A stretch of 64,000 nucleotides of DNA from Botryllus schlosseri. Its lineage: Eukaryota. The notes beneath the pieces were generated by a model. It saw only the letters and a list, made by a program, of their open reading frames with translations, did no database searches and was not told where the DNA came from. Position numbers and translations under genes: made by a program. Below, piece after piece: positions 1-12,454 of this stretch; the first letter of the stretch is position 1, and each line of letters starts with the position of its first letter. The stretch spans positions 15,192,001 through 15,256,000 of the forward strand of contig CM119372.1 in NCBI GenBank assembly GCA_051294905.1, given 5' to 3'.

Positions 1-558
1 CACTGAACAAGACAACTGTGGTTTCGTGGCAGAAGCGAACAACGGGGCGAGGGGTTCGGTTTATCACTGTATGAGAGCCCAAGACTCAAGTTTTGTTTTT
101 TTTGTTTTTTTTGGGGGGGGGGGACTGACGAAGTGGTGTTTCGTTCCTGCCAACGGGTATACACCCGAAGATGTTTAATTATTATTGAGGGGTCCTACCT
201 TTTCAAACACACCTCTCGCAGCTCTACCAGTAAATCAGATTACGATAGGAGAGAGGGAGAGAGGGGATAAAATTTGATTGCAATATATGCAATTCCTGAT
301 CATACTGACCGATTCAATGCTAAATTATGGAAAATTCTCGCGCTTCGCGCGGTTAGGCGAGAAAAGCCGACTCACTAAACAGTCGCTCAAACTCGCTGAC
401 AAGTACCAATAAACAGGGTATAGCCTGAGGGGGGTCTGGGTGGCGAGGCCTCCCAGAAATTCGGTTTATCATCCTTAGGGGGCTCAAGACCAACGTTTTT
501 TTTGGGGGGCTGACGAAGTGCTGCTATGGCCCTGGGTACACCCCGTTTCTCGTAAAAA

Positions 559-1066
559 AGGGTTGTACTGACTCGAGAAAGGATTTTTGGTGACTTCGAC
601 TTTCAAATGCGTAAAATGACTCGGCCCGAGTCAATTTTTGTATTGACTCGACTTGTACTCGAGTCATTGTGCATGACTCGAACCAGGTCATGTGACTCGT
701 GACTAGGAAGGCCAAGACAGAGATTTCATTGTAACTTCGAAGAATAGAAGGTCAGCACATTACGGGTATTTCGACTGAGGAGAACTACGATCTTATGAAT
801 GCGAGCCATTCTATGTCACTCGAGTAGAGTTGAAAAAAGTGGGTTGAACAGAATTGAACTCAAAACTGAACAGTGAACACAGTGACTTGGACTCATACTG
901 GAGTCACAACACTATAACTCCGACTTGACCCTCTAGTCAATGACTAGGACTATAGGACTTGACTCAGTGGGAATTGAAAATGACTCGACTCGACTTGACC
1001 CAAGTTATAACTATGAAAGTGAGATTGACCTGTACCTCGGAACCTTGTGACTTGTTTACAACCCTG
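559..1066. mobile_element. Non-autonomous TIR element with GACTCG-rich subterminal repeats (copy 1 of the family that hosts the BEL element)
   Basis: Ends AGGGTTGTA...TACAACCCTG; colinear with 45233-45367 + 50074-50506; contains the uninterrupted site GCATGACTCGAACC. No clear TSD. Confidence 0.75.
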
Positions 1067-3088
1067 AAAAATAGTGCCGTATGATAAATCTGACCAGAGA
1101 TCATGATAACGTGTCACGATGGCATTCGGATGCATGAGATACCGACTATTATGGATCACTATCTTGAATAATCGCCTACTAATTTAAGCAATGTTAAGGT
1201 TCTCAAATTGACAACTACAACCGATCATGACGTTGAACTGATGAATAGAGGTGACATCATCTACGTAAGGGGCAAAGGTATTGTGGGGCACTTTGACGGG
1301 AAGGTGAGATAAAAAGTGGAGTTTTGTTGATATTTTTCCAACTATACATGTTTGTTTGCCACGTGTAACATACATATATTAACGGGCTTATCGAGTTGTG
1401 CAGAGGTCGGCAACCCGGGGCTCGCGACCGCATGTTCAGGCTATATGTCATGCATCTGCTGCGTCTCTTCGTGCGTTTGAACTTTAAAGTAAATTAATGC
1501 TATATTGGAGAAATAATTTAAATGAAATAACATTTCTCTTTAGATATTTTGCTTTTCCAATGAATGTTTTCGTTTATTTCATGTCGCGGAAAGAAAGACT
1601 AATTAGCATAGTATCAGTCGCAATTTATGCAAGACATTTCATTTCCAAATTGATTGCGACGTTTCATGAGACATCAGTCCAATACGACATAATTTTGGGA
1701 ATCATCAGGAAACGATTCAATCGCATCAGCACCGAAGTGTTATAGGTTTATCTATAGGCTCCACCTCGCCACCTCATCCGCGTAAGCGGTGTCTTACAAA
1801 AAGCCTAGAAGTGGGTTGTGCTATAAGTCGGCAGTTACGGAATAAAAACGAAGAATATCGGCCTGGTGTAAATGACCATTAGTCGACAAACACCATGAAT
1901 ACCACAAAAACAAAAATCGCATCAGCGCTGGCCACCACCGAAGAGATGTCAATTGAAGTGCGCAACAACCGCATGCAGCTGTGTGTCATAAACTTGTGTT
2001 AAGATTTGCATATCTTACATTATTGCTTTGCTCATGATACAATGTAGGCTATATGTCTGAGTTAGCGTTGACAACATCAGTCACACTGTTGGCAATAAGC
2101 ATTTGGGGATGGAACAGAACGTTCGGTTCTCAATTGGTTTTGTGTGCACGAAAAGAGGTTCAAATGGGTTTTTGTATGCTGAAGGATGTCGACCCATGGT
2201 GTAGCGCAATAAATTGACATAATGAAAGTGGCCGAAATACCAGGCAGGCATTAACGGTCAACTTAATTTTGTTTGCACATGTGGACCATCACAAACAGAT
2301 ACATTGTGGAAAATTGACTAATAAACCTATACAACTCATTTATGCAACTTTTCTAAATCGAGGCAGTATCGCAAATGAAAAAATAACAGGATAAGACAGA
2401 TGAATCACTATGTTACCTCACTGATCGCGATATTCACAATTTCATCTTCCAAAAGAACAAAGAGCTCTATATGGCGAGTTGGCGACTATGAGTCGTTTTC
2501 GAGACGCGAAATTACGGCTGATATGCTGTTTACCGAGCGTTCCATAACAAGTTCTTACGATACCTGTGTAAAGCGGGTGTAAATATCTGTCTGCGGGTAG
2601 ATCAGATGATGTTGGCGCGGTTTTTCTATCGCCATGGAGTGATTGGTTTTACTGGAGTTTGTAAAAGAATACCTGGATAAGCATTACACCCGCAATAAAA
2701 TAATAATACTTATTGATTACGTCTCGATGTAAAAAAACGTACGCCTTACCGACACCAAGTCCCGCCAGCGGGTGTAATTACACCTGATGAATAGTTACAA
2801 TGTACCTTGCGTCATCAAATGATAGTAGCCTGTCAACCTTCAGCACTTTGACACTTCCCAACCGGCTATAGGCGTAAGATAGGCGGAGCTTAAGAATAGA
2901 CCGCGTACGTGCCGTAAATTATAAAAGCATTATCGTCACAGCAAACAGTATCAACTGAGTGAGATGGACGCAATTTCCGTGTCTCGTCGAAGAACTCAGT
3001 CACCACCATGGTCACGGCCATGGTATTTTGATCTGAGAAAGATATTAATAAATGATCATGATGAACTTAACAATATCTATTGTGTCAG

Positions 3089-5801
3089 GAAAAGAAGCTG
3101 GTTTTCGAAGCGTTTAACAACATCGACCGAATAAGCATCGCAATGTTTTTCAAAACCTTTTTCGAGCCTGCATCTACTACAATCAATGTCCCGCCAGAGG
3201 AGTTAAATCAGATAATGAGAGTGACGAATATCTACAAGGTGATATATCGTAACTTTTCGTTGAAATTATTATTTGACAGTGATTTTTATTATCTTCATGT
3301 TTGAATACAACTGACCGCGGCTCATGAATGTCGTCAATGAATCACTGACTTCTCTTGCATCAAAGTATCCGCATGATCAAATAAGATAGAATCGTAATAT
3401 TGTCGCAGTGGGGTGTGGCCAACATTGCTATGACGGGAGATGCTGAAACTTACGTTTCTTAATTGCGACACTGCATGTTCATATCATTGGAATATTTCTT
3501 CGATGCGATCAAGAGGTTCCAAACTAGAGGCCAATTAGATTCAAGCGATCACCTTTGTACAACAAACACTGTGATCATTACCGCAAAAATGCAATTCTAA
3601 TGAGCTCCAATGTAGTTCTTACCATTTTAAAGATCAGTTATATGACCAACCTTTTCGGGAAATGAGCTGTTTGATAGTACGTGGTATCCAATTCCCACTA
3701 AAATTATCAAATTATTATCATTCATTCATTTCAAAATCCCAGTTCGCATTAGGTGTAGAGACATGAAATGGGGAGCAAATGATATGGCACTCATTAGAAG
3801 TGATCAGAGTAATCATTGTTTGTGCTGAAGTAGGCCCACCAGTAGATGATATGGCAATAATGTGTATTACGGTAGAAATATGAGTAGCTATTTCCAAAGT
3901 ATGCCAAACTTACTCCAAGAATAAGTAGGATTCGTCAGGTATGCGAAGTACTTAAGTCAGGGATATCTAGATATCCCTGACTTAAGTAAGTAGTTCGACT
4001 ATAAGTAGATTGGAGCGAGGCATCGCAAACGGTGGCCCGACATATGAGCATGCGACACAATGGAAAACGACAGTTCAGCATGGAACACATCAGCATGCGT
4101 CACTTCAGCATGTGACTGTATAACCCAAAAACTTACCCTAACCCGAAACATAGCCTAACCTAACCTAACCTAGCCTAACCTAACCTAAACCCTAACCCTA
4201 ACCCAACCATAAACATAACCTAACCTACCCCTAACCCGTAATTTAACCCACATGCTCATGTGTCGCATGCCAAATTGTCGCATGCCGAAGCGTCGCATGC
4301 TGTAATGTCGCATGCTCATATGTCCACGGACCATCGCAAACGTCAGTTTGTCAATCGTTGATGCCTGTTCCAAAATTGAAATATGCATCTTTGTGATCAA
4401 AGTAAATGACTCATAACAATGAAAGGTACGATTTTCGATGTTGTAATCTGTTAGCGACATAAGTCAAATTTAATGTTAATTTCACTCTTGGAAGTGGTTA
4501 AAATGGCTGATAGTCTACTTTGACAAAATCAAAGGTAGAGAGTATTCTGGCGTCTAGAACATTTGATTAACTGTACAAGAGAAGTAATCTAAAATCACGG
4601 CTACTTGGGTAAGAAGTGAAGGGCACGAACCGCACTTGAGTAATTGAGTATAGTCCGTCACAGTCCACCCCTGAAGTCGCGCTTAATTTGATATTCTAAC
4701 ATCGTAAGCTCAATCTTGTATGCAATATCGGGTTGAGAAAAATCTTCGATGGTATGAGAATTCAGAATATATTTTTTCGTATCGTTATGCCATTTTCATA
4801 AATTTTGATACAATTCGTATTTTATTCATGACTTAAGTGGATTCATGAGTTGGAAATGAAACGATCATTAGGCAGAATAGACCTAAGTCATATACAGTAA
4901 AATCGAGAACATATAATGAAGTCATCAGTGTTCAACGACTGCGGCAGCTCTACTCATTATTGTCACATAACTTTCAGGTGGAAAATATGTTCCTCGATTG
5001 CGAGGAAGACAAACATGTCGATTGGTCGTTGATTGAAGAGTGTGCCAAGATACTTCAGGTCAAATTCGAGAGTTAATTTCAATTCCCGTATATGAAATCA
5101 GTTTATTCCCAGGTTGAACATCTGAATATCACTGCGAACGGGAAAACGTCTATTGAAGATCATAATCGTATTTTGAAACGTGCCGGAGAAATATGTCGTT
5201 TTGGTGCTCACGTGAATATCCAATGGGTGTTCTACATTAGAAATGCGGATAGCGTTCAAAGTACTCTTCAAGCTTGTCAACAAAAAAATGTAACGAACAC
5301 CAATCTCTAATCACTAAATGCTAAAAGATATGTCCGACCACAGATGGAATGCATCAGATGCGTGATTGATTGGCTATATCGTCCTTCATTTGATGACATC
5401 ATTGCTCTTGTTGAGCACTCGAAGAAGCTCATGCTGATATACTGGCGCGAGACTGACATGTTGGACGAACGGGAATTTGCCAAGATTTCGAAGATTTCAA
5501 GCGTTCAACTTTTAGACGGTTTGTAATTGTATCAGTTCGGAGCAGAATTTTGGAATAAAGTTTACAATATTGTTTTGATATGGAATATTTATTGTGTCAA
5601 AAACTCATGTCTATATTTATGCATTATAAAGGCAGCTATAATATTATAATATTGTTCAGACTTATAATGCTCCTGGAATATTAATTATTCCCCTTTTCAG
5701 ATCACTATCACTGCGGTTGGTGGCAACTTGGCATTCAACTACAACAAGATTGGAGTTATGTACAACAAAAGCTCAGTATGCACGATTCATTCTATGTGTA
5801 A
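3089..5801 (+). CDS. 3' exons of an NLR-like gene paralogue (exons 3089-3238, 4978-5058, 5113-5289, 5344-5518, 5701-5801 incl. TAA); upstream exons not identified
   Basis: All exons bounded by AG/GT with compatible phases (0,0,0,1). Peptides (VENMFLDCEEDKHVDWSLIEECAKILQ; MECIRCVIDWLYRPSFDDII; HCGWWQL) align exon by exon to 55348-56523, with identical 81-nt and 177-nt exon lengths. Confidence 0.85.
3949..3988. repeat. Perfect 40-bp palindrome (22-bp CAGGGATATCTAGATATCCCTG core flanked by ACTTAAGT on both sides)
   Basis: TACTTAAGTCAGGGATATCT|AGATATCCCTGACTTAAGTA is its own reverse complement. Confidence 0.9.
4031..4332. mobile_element. Foldback MITE, Mutator-like (9-bp TSD), with telomere-like CCTAAC core
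   Basis: Imperfect TIRs GGT..GACATATGAGCATGCGACA; TSD ATCGCAAAC at 4022-4030 and 4333-4341; internal CCTAAC/CCCTAA repeats at about 4120-4250. Confidence 0.75.
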
Positions 5802-6239
5802 AATAGTATTTTTATGAAATGAATTTGATTACATTGATGAGTGAGTCAGCCTCTTTTGGCGTGATTTGTCCTTTCCATATCGCGGCATGGCGTAATCTGC
5901 ATTAAATGACACTGCTTCAAATTAAAGTGACAACTCGCTATAAATATGATGTGGTCCCAAGTTAACTGGAAGTTTGAAAAATATATGACTGGAATCATAT
6001 TTCCCCAAAAAACACCTTAATCGGATTACAGCTGAATTATGTTCACGATGTATATATCATATTGCTTTATCTATCTCTCTACAGACTCAACTTAATATAC
6101 TAGCTGGCTGCGTAATAATATACTTACGTACTAAAACTAATACAATACCGGCCCTGCAACTTGCAATGAGAGTCCTTGCTTCACACACGAACATGACTGA
6201 ATGTCGTCCCTTAAGCCCCAGTACAGTACGGCTAGTTAC

Positions 6240-9192
6240 TAGGGATGGTGCTAACCCCTGAGGTTCAGGTTCGTGTGAACGCGAACACGAACCTATTAGG
6301 TCACGTGCCGTCATATTGCTAATTCCAACACACATTTAAGGGAAGTGATATATTAATGTACAGATTGTACACGATACCTGGCGACGTCTCCGCCTACATG
6401 ATACCACAATGCTGAAGAACATGCTGACTTTTTAAGCGTCACCAAATGTATCAACTGCAACAAACAAATGCTATAGTAATCCCATGAAATCAATATCTTC
6501 CGTTGCATTATTCGCTGACTACCTAAGGATGGAGATAGTAAAGTTGGATTAGCAATAAAGCCGATTATCGCGTTCCTCAGGATTTATCAACCCAAGATTA
6601 AGGAAACCGGTTGATCGCGGCGCATAAAAATAGAGTTAATCTCATGATTTAACAAACCGGAACAAATTATAGATAACCAGATATCTACAAAAACTGCGTA
6701 CACTGCGTACCAGTCCTACGCACAAATATTTCCGATATTGACCGTGCCGACCGTCTCCTAGGTCAGTGGTTCTCAAACCTTTTTCAAAAAAAGTCTAGCG
6801 GACAGGTGAACTTTCAAAATTGAAATGAAGCAAAAATGTAAAGTATGCAATCGTTTTTTTTTTTTGCAATTATATGGTGCTATAGGCAAGGATGTCAAAC
6901 TCAAATTGCGTCGCGGGCTGGATTCAAACCATCTGTTCGCTCGCGGGCCGGACCATTCAAATGATTGAAATTCCATACCCTTGTTTTTTGCTTGAATACT
7001 CAATTATTCAGCCTACACAATAATATATTACATTATAGCGGATCATAGGGTTTTACTCTAGCAACAACTTTATTAGCGAACAATGGAATTACCAAAATCA
7101 AGATTATGCCTGGTTATAATACCGTAATAGAAACTGCTAAAAGAGTAGCTTTAAGGACGATAAACCTCATGTTTATGCGATATAAAGAATACCAGAGATA
7201 TGTTAAAAATGGTTCATTACTATATCGCGATTAGGGTTTCTCCGCATGCAGAGGTTCTGTTAAATCATCAGCGAAATTGGCAGTGCGTCCACAGATATTT
7301 GAATTATATTTTTGTGCTACAATTATATTCTCCATGAAACCTGCGTATACCGGTTTCTCATTATGACGGTTTCACTTCTTTCACTAACTACTTTTTCGTC
7401 CATTTTTTCCGTAAAACTCGGAATTGAGTGTGCATTTTTTGCCTTCTCGGAATTGGACGTAAATGGCGGCTCTTCCTTGCTGATGGTGACTAGAGTGGAA
7501 CCACGACACCACTGTAGGATGATTATTATATGGTCTATAAACAATTGAACATACTCGACATTAGCTATCTTGAGGGATTATTTGATGATAAATCTCAAAT
7601 CCAGCCCTTTTTCAAAATTGCTTCGCGGGCCGGATGAAATGGTCTGACGGGCCGTATGTCTGACACCCCTGTGCTAGTGACATTTAGAGGGTTTTGATCG
7701 TCATTAATTATCTTCATGATGGCACCCGTGTGATTTTATGGTAGTCAGTCTGCTGAGACGAGACAAAATTGCCTTGTCCAAATACACGTGCTACCGTCGA
7801 AAGTCGTTTACAGTCTTCCGCGCCGAAGGCCGTGCGTTTAACCGACCACGCCAACTCGAAAAATATTCTTCTCTTTGATAATATCGAGAGAAGAAGCGTT
7901 TCGGAGTCGAACCAAGCACCTTGTTGTGCTACCTTGCACGTTGCCTACTGCCACCAGACCCATAGGCTACTCTGGAAACTACGAATACAATGCGCGGCGC
8001 AAGAAGACACCTTACAGCAACTATATATCGGCCACCCGCAAATCCGGGCCGAAAAATCACTTCGTCAGCCCACCCCCAAAAACGTTGGTCTTGTGCCCCC
8101 ACAGGGCGATAAGCCAAACTTTCGGGGGCTTCACCCCCAGACCCTGCACTTGCAGTCGCATGACACGTCTTGAACTTTAAGGTAAATATAACATGTTTCC
8201 AGCCCTAATGTTACCTCACGAAGTTCTGAATTATTTTTAAATTTGATGTTTAATTTATTTTATCAATGGACAAGCCTTCAACATTGCATCTTGAAATGAA
8301 GGTATAAAATTGTAATATACCTGGCGGACCAACAGGAATGTCGTCACGGAACGGCACCGGTAGTTGAAAACCACTGTCCTAGGTAATGGCTTCACTAAAC
8401 AATCAAGGAATTACGTATAGCCTATACCCGTCATTGCAGAGCGATATCAATATTCTTTAATTCGTTTCTTAGCTGTACCGTACGAATTGGACACGACCTT
8501 CATTTCGCGATGATGGTATTCTACCTATTGCAGTGGCAGTATTGTTATCGGCAGGCTGCGGTTTCATTCAACTAATATACAACTGACAGCCTATGACGCG
8601 TTTCCACATCGTGATGCAACCGATGACGCCACTTGATTGAAAACTCGGGACACCTCGACTATAAACATCGCGCGTAACCTTTTCCAACTTTATGCGTCGT
8701 GATTAGCAGTATTTAATCACACGATTAGCATTCTTCCGGATTAGCTAACTTTATTATCTCCGCCTAAAATGCGTCCCAATTAAGCAGTTTCTAATCACAT
8801 GATCAGCATTCTCCCGGATCAGCTAACTTATTATATCTGCCCGTAGTGTATTTCGTTCTTACTGTTGTGTAATTGCGGGTCAAGCTCACAGCAGAGAGTC
8901 ACTGCATATTCAAAAACGGGAAGCTGAATATTTCGAGCAAACCTTTATTACAAAACAAGAAAAAGTTTGGAGATTGGCAAGGTGCATGCTCGTTTTAGTG
9001 TTGATTTTTTTATGCTGCCGGGCGCCATGCATTGAGTGGTCCGAAGTTGAAATGCAAAGAATTTGACAAAAGATGTTGGAAAATTGTGATGTATTAAAGG
9101 TTCACAGTTCAGAACCTACCAAGGTTCGTTTGTGAACGTGAACCCCTAAATTTCTGAGGTTCACACACAGAACGCGAACGTTCACGCCATAC
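6240..9192. mobile_element. hAT-type MITE TAGGGATGGTG family, older copy (contains nested 6764-8376)
   Basis: Starts TAGGGATGGTGCTAACC; colinear with 9201-10194; flanked by CTAGTTAC at 6232-6239 and 9193-9200; right TIR degenerate. Confidence 0.7.
6764..8376. mobile_element. hAT (Charlie-like) non-autonomous element, with a further nested element at about 6887-7671
   Basis: TIRs CAGTGGTTCTCAA / TTGAAAACCACTG; 8-bp TSD TCCTAGGT (6756-6763, 8377-8384). Confidence 0.85.
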
Positions 9193-9200
9193 CTAGTTAC

Positions 9201-10194
9201 TAGGGATGGTGCGAACCTCTGAAAGGTTCAGGTTCGTGTGAACGCGAACCTTTTTGAAAGGTTCTGTGTGAACACGAACGTGAACCTCATGACGTCACGT
9301 GACGTCATATTGCTAATTCCAATCCTATCTCTCAGTGAAGTGATAGCCTATATCGTACAGTGTACACTGTACACAATACCTAGCGACGACTCGGGCCACA
9401 TAATGCCGCAATGCTGAGGTACATATTGGCGTTTTAAACGTCGCTGAATGTATCAACTGAGGCAATCAAATGATATAATAATCCCATAAATCAATATTTT
9501 CCGTCGCTTAGCCAACAATTTCGACGACGACTTACTAGGGAATAAAAGCTTACGCCTTAACGGTCTAGCCCAGACCGGACAATGTATTCGGCGTCTGAGT
9601 ATTGCTACATTGATATCGAGCAGAGTGTAAAAGAGGTTTCTATACTTGCTACCGATTTTACTCAATTAACAAGTTATACAGCAGTAGCCAACACCTCAAC
9701 CGTACGGATTTCAATTTAATGATACAGTGAACCTACGCAGTCAAGATTGACCCTGAACCCCTGCTAGAATTTTTACATCAGAAAATGATATTAATCTCAT
9801 TGATTGGTGGAGTAAGCATCATTGCTGACTACGCATTTCGCTCATGATGTTGTGTGATTGCGGGTCAAGCTCACAGCAGAGAGTCACTAAATGTTCACAA
9901 AGGGTAATAAAGCTGGATATTTCGAGCAAACATTTGTAACAAAGCAAGTAAAACTTTTGAAATTGTCAAGGTGCATGGTCGCGTGGTCGTTTACTGTTGA
10001 TTTTTATACTGCCAGCGCCATGCAATAATGCAATAAATTTGAATGAAAAATGTCATTATGAAGTGAAAATTATAATATACGCGAAAGGTTCACAGTGCAG
10101 AACCTACCAAGGTTCTGTTGTGAACGTGAACCTCTAAATTTCCGAGGTTCACACACAGAACGCGAACGTGAACCTCGCGTTCACACCATCCCTA
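9201..10194. mobile_element. hAT-type MITE TAGGGATGGTG family
   Basis: TIRs TAGGGATGGTG / CACCATCCCTA; TSD CTAGTTAC (9193-9200, 10195-10202); subterminal GAACGCGAAC motifs. A further fragment lies at about 17990-18168. Confidence 0.88.
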
Positions 10195-10705
10195 CTAGTT
10201 ACGAATAACTTGACCACTATGATTCGTAAGGCAATATTCCATCATGATATTGACTAAACTATCTATCTATCTAACTTCATGATCGAGTCGAGAAACTGCA
10301 ACAGTCAAGATGTGAATGCCAGAAATAGAAAAGGCTCAGAAGCGATTAAGCATGGTACCACATAGATATATGGCGTGGAATAGCGCAAGTCGTTAAAATG
10401 TTTCCCTACCTGACTTTACGAGACAAATGGTTGTCGCCAAAATTTGTTCGCTCTTACGACTTCCGTTTTATACGACATCGGATTTAGACTTAGAGTGCAA
10501 TGCCCTTTTAATGAATTTCAACATACGCAATTTATCATTCATCATATCCTACCAGTGCTTTTCAACCTGTTGGATGGTCCGCAGCCTAACGATAATATGG
10601 TGCTTGACAATTACAGCTTGACAATTATAGCCGTATGAATAGCTTTGCATCAATATACAACTATAATGGCATCTCAGTATTAGTCAACTGACAAATATTA
10701 TAGAG

Positions 10706-12135
10706 CAGTGGTTCTCAACCGGGGGTCCGCGGACCCCTAGGGGTCCGCGAAGCAATTTCAGGGGGTCCGCGAGACCTCTAAATTTTTAAAATGGTTGATA
10801 ACCTGATTTTTATTTTATTTTTCAATTTGAGAAAGCATGAGGCAGTTTCGCACCACAACTGCTAAAACCTCATGACTCATATCATCGTATTAACCGTCTG
10901 ACATGGACTATGGTAGTGTGGAAACTCATTTTCATTGCCAATTTTCCAATAACCTGCTCATACAAACATATTGGTCTTTAGAGACGTTTTGTAGGGGTTT
11001 GTGGAAAAAATAAAAATATGGAGATGGTAGCGTCAATCAGGGTGACTTCGTAATGTCTACGAATCCTTCTCGATTTGAAGTTGTCAGTCTCATCAAGTTA
11101 GTGAACAGTCGTTTGAAATAAAAAAATCAGAAGTATTTCCATAATTTGTCTCAATGCAGGGAACAGCTTCTTGGAGGTACAGAGCTTTAATATAAAATCG
11201 AATAGTATGTTCATATTGAAATGAACCCGAATATTTTCGGCTGACACTCGTCATTAATCGGACAATGATATACCTGCTCTTAAAGCTCGGCTATCACATG
11301 TGGCGCATTCTTATTGCGGATGCCCTATCGACAAGGCTGATTTTTTTTTATGAACAAGGAGTGTTTCGTTGCTATCAAAGCATTACGCTCCAACCCTGAA
11401 ATTCATATCACGAGTTATATTGGTATGCAGCCTTGTCTTGTTAATGTTCAATTGTTCATGGTCGAAAATGTTTGCTCGTAAATATATATTTAACCCGAAC
11501 AGAACAAGTCGTTTCATGACAGTCTCTGGTTGGAAAACTTGGATCCATGCTCTGGAGCATAATATTTGTCTATACTTTTAGATTAGGATTTCACTTTGAC
11601 GGTAGAATCTCTCTGCGGGTCGATCAAAATGCCGTCACGGGCCGATTCCGGCCCGCGGTCCGTATGTTGCCCGTCCCTGCGCTAGATGCTGGACGTGATA
11701 TGCTCATTAAATATGTGTTTCTTCATTTTGGTGCCATAAATGTTGCGATCACACCAAAAGTATCGTCGGAAGCGTTATACGTAAATATTGCATTAGCTTC
11801 CATCTATCTTTGCGGAAATGGTTTTCGGCACTCCTCGTTCATATCAAAACGAAGACGCGGATTTTCAAGACACGACCACGTACTTCAAGAAGTACAACAG
11901 CAAAATTAGCTTTGAAATAATAAAAGTCCACTAATTTCTACATAAATAGTATGATGTTATCTTCAAGAAAAATCACTATTTTGCTGTTTATCACAAGCCT
12001 ACAGTTCATATTTGCACAAGACAGATGAAGGTTGCACCATAATAGAGCTAAAATTGAGCTAAAACTTTAGGGGGTCCGCGCGGGTCCGTGACGGTCAAAA
12101 GGGGTCCGCGAAGCCAAAAAGGTTGAGAACCACTG
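10706..12135. mobile_element. hAT (Charlie-like) non-autonomous element with GGGGTCCGCG subterminal repeats
   Basis: TIRs CAGTGGTTCTCAACC / GGTTGAGAACCACTG; TSD TTATAGAG (10698-10705, 12136-12143); homologous to 35401-37076. Confidence 0.9.
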
Positions 12136-12454
12136 TTATAGAGTCTAGACAAGCTTCAGACACAAATCATCCTGACTGAACAACGAACGTCGTCCGTTGA
12201 GCGAGTAGTAATGTTTTATGCGGAATTCCCACAATCATCATTTTATAATAAAGAAAGCAAATTCTCTAATATAATTTTTTTAAAACATAACGGACTTACG
12301 CGTTTTGCAGAATTGCCGCGGGTACTCTCCCCCGTAATGGATTGCTGCAGCGGTTCGATCAATAATTTATGTGACCATAGTGTCCTATATGGTGTGGACA
12401 CAGCGAGACTGAATGGCTCACTGCATTTGGGTTACGTCATAATTTTCATTTGAC

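Noticed and set aside
1180..3030. Further upstream exons of the first paralogue (e.g. about 1199-1264, 1660-1740, 2390-2570, 2942-3022)
   Set aside because: Some splice-like sites and faint similarity, but I could not build a phase-consistent, stop-free chain matching 53664-54797.
4120..4250. True or fused telomere
   Set aside because: Short, degenerate and enclosed in a MITE with a TSD.
7769..8180. ORFs of 134 and 101 aa
   Set aside because: Inside a TIR element, partly made of repeat motifs found elsewhere; no recognisable motif.
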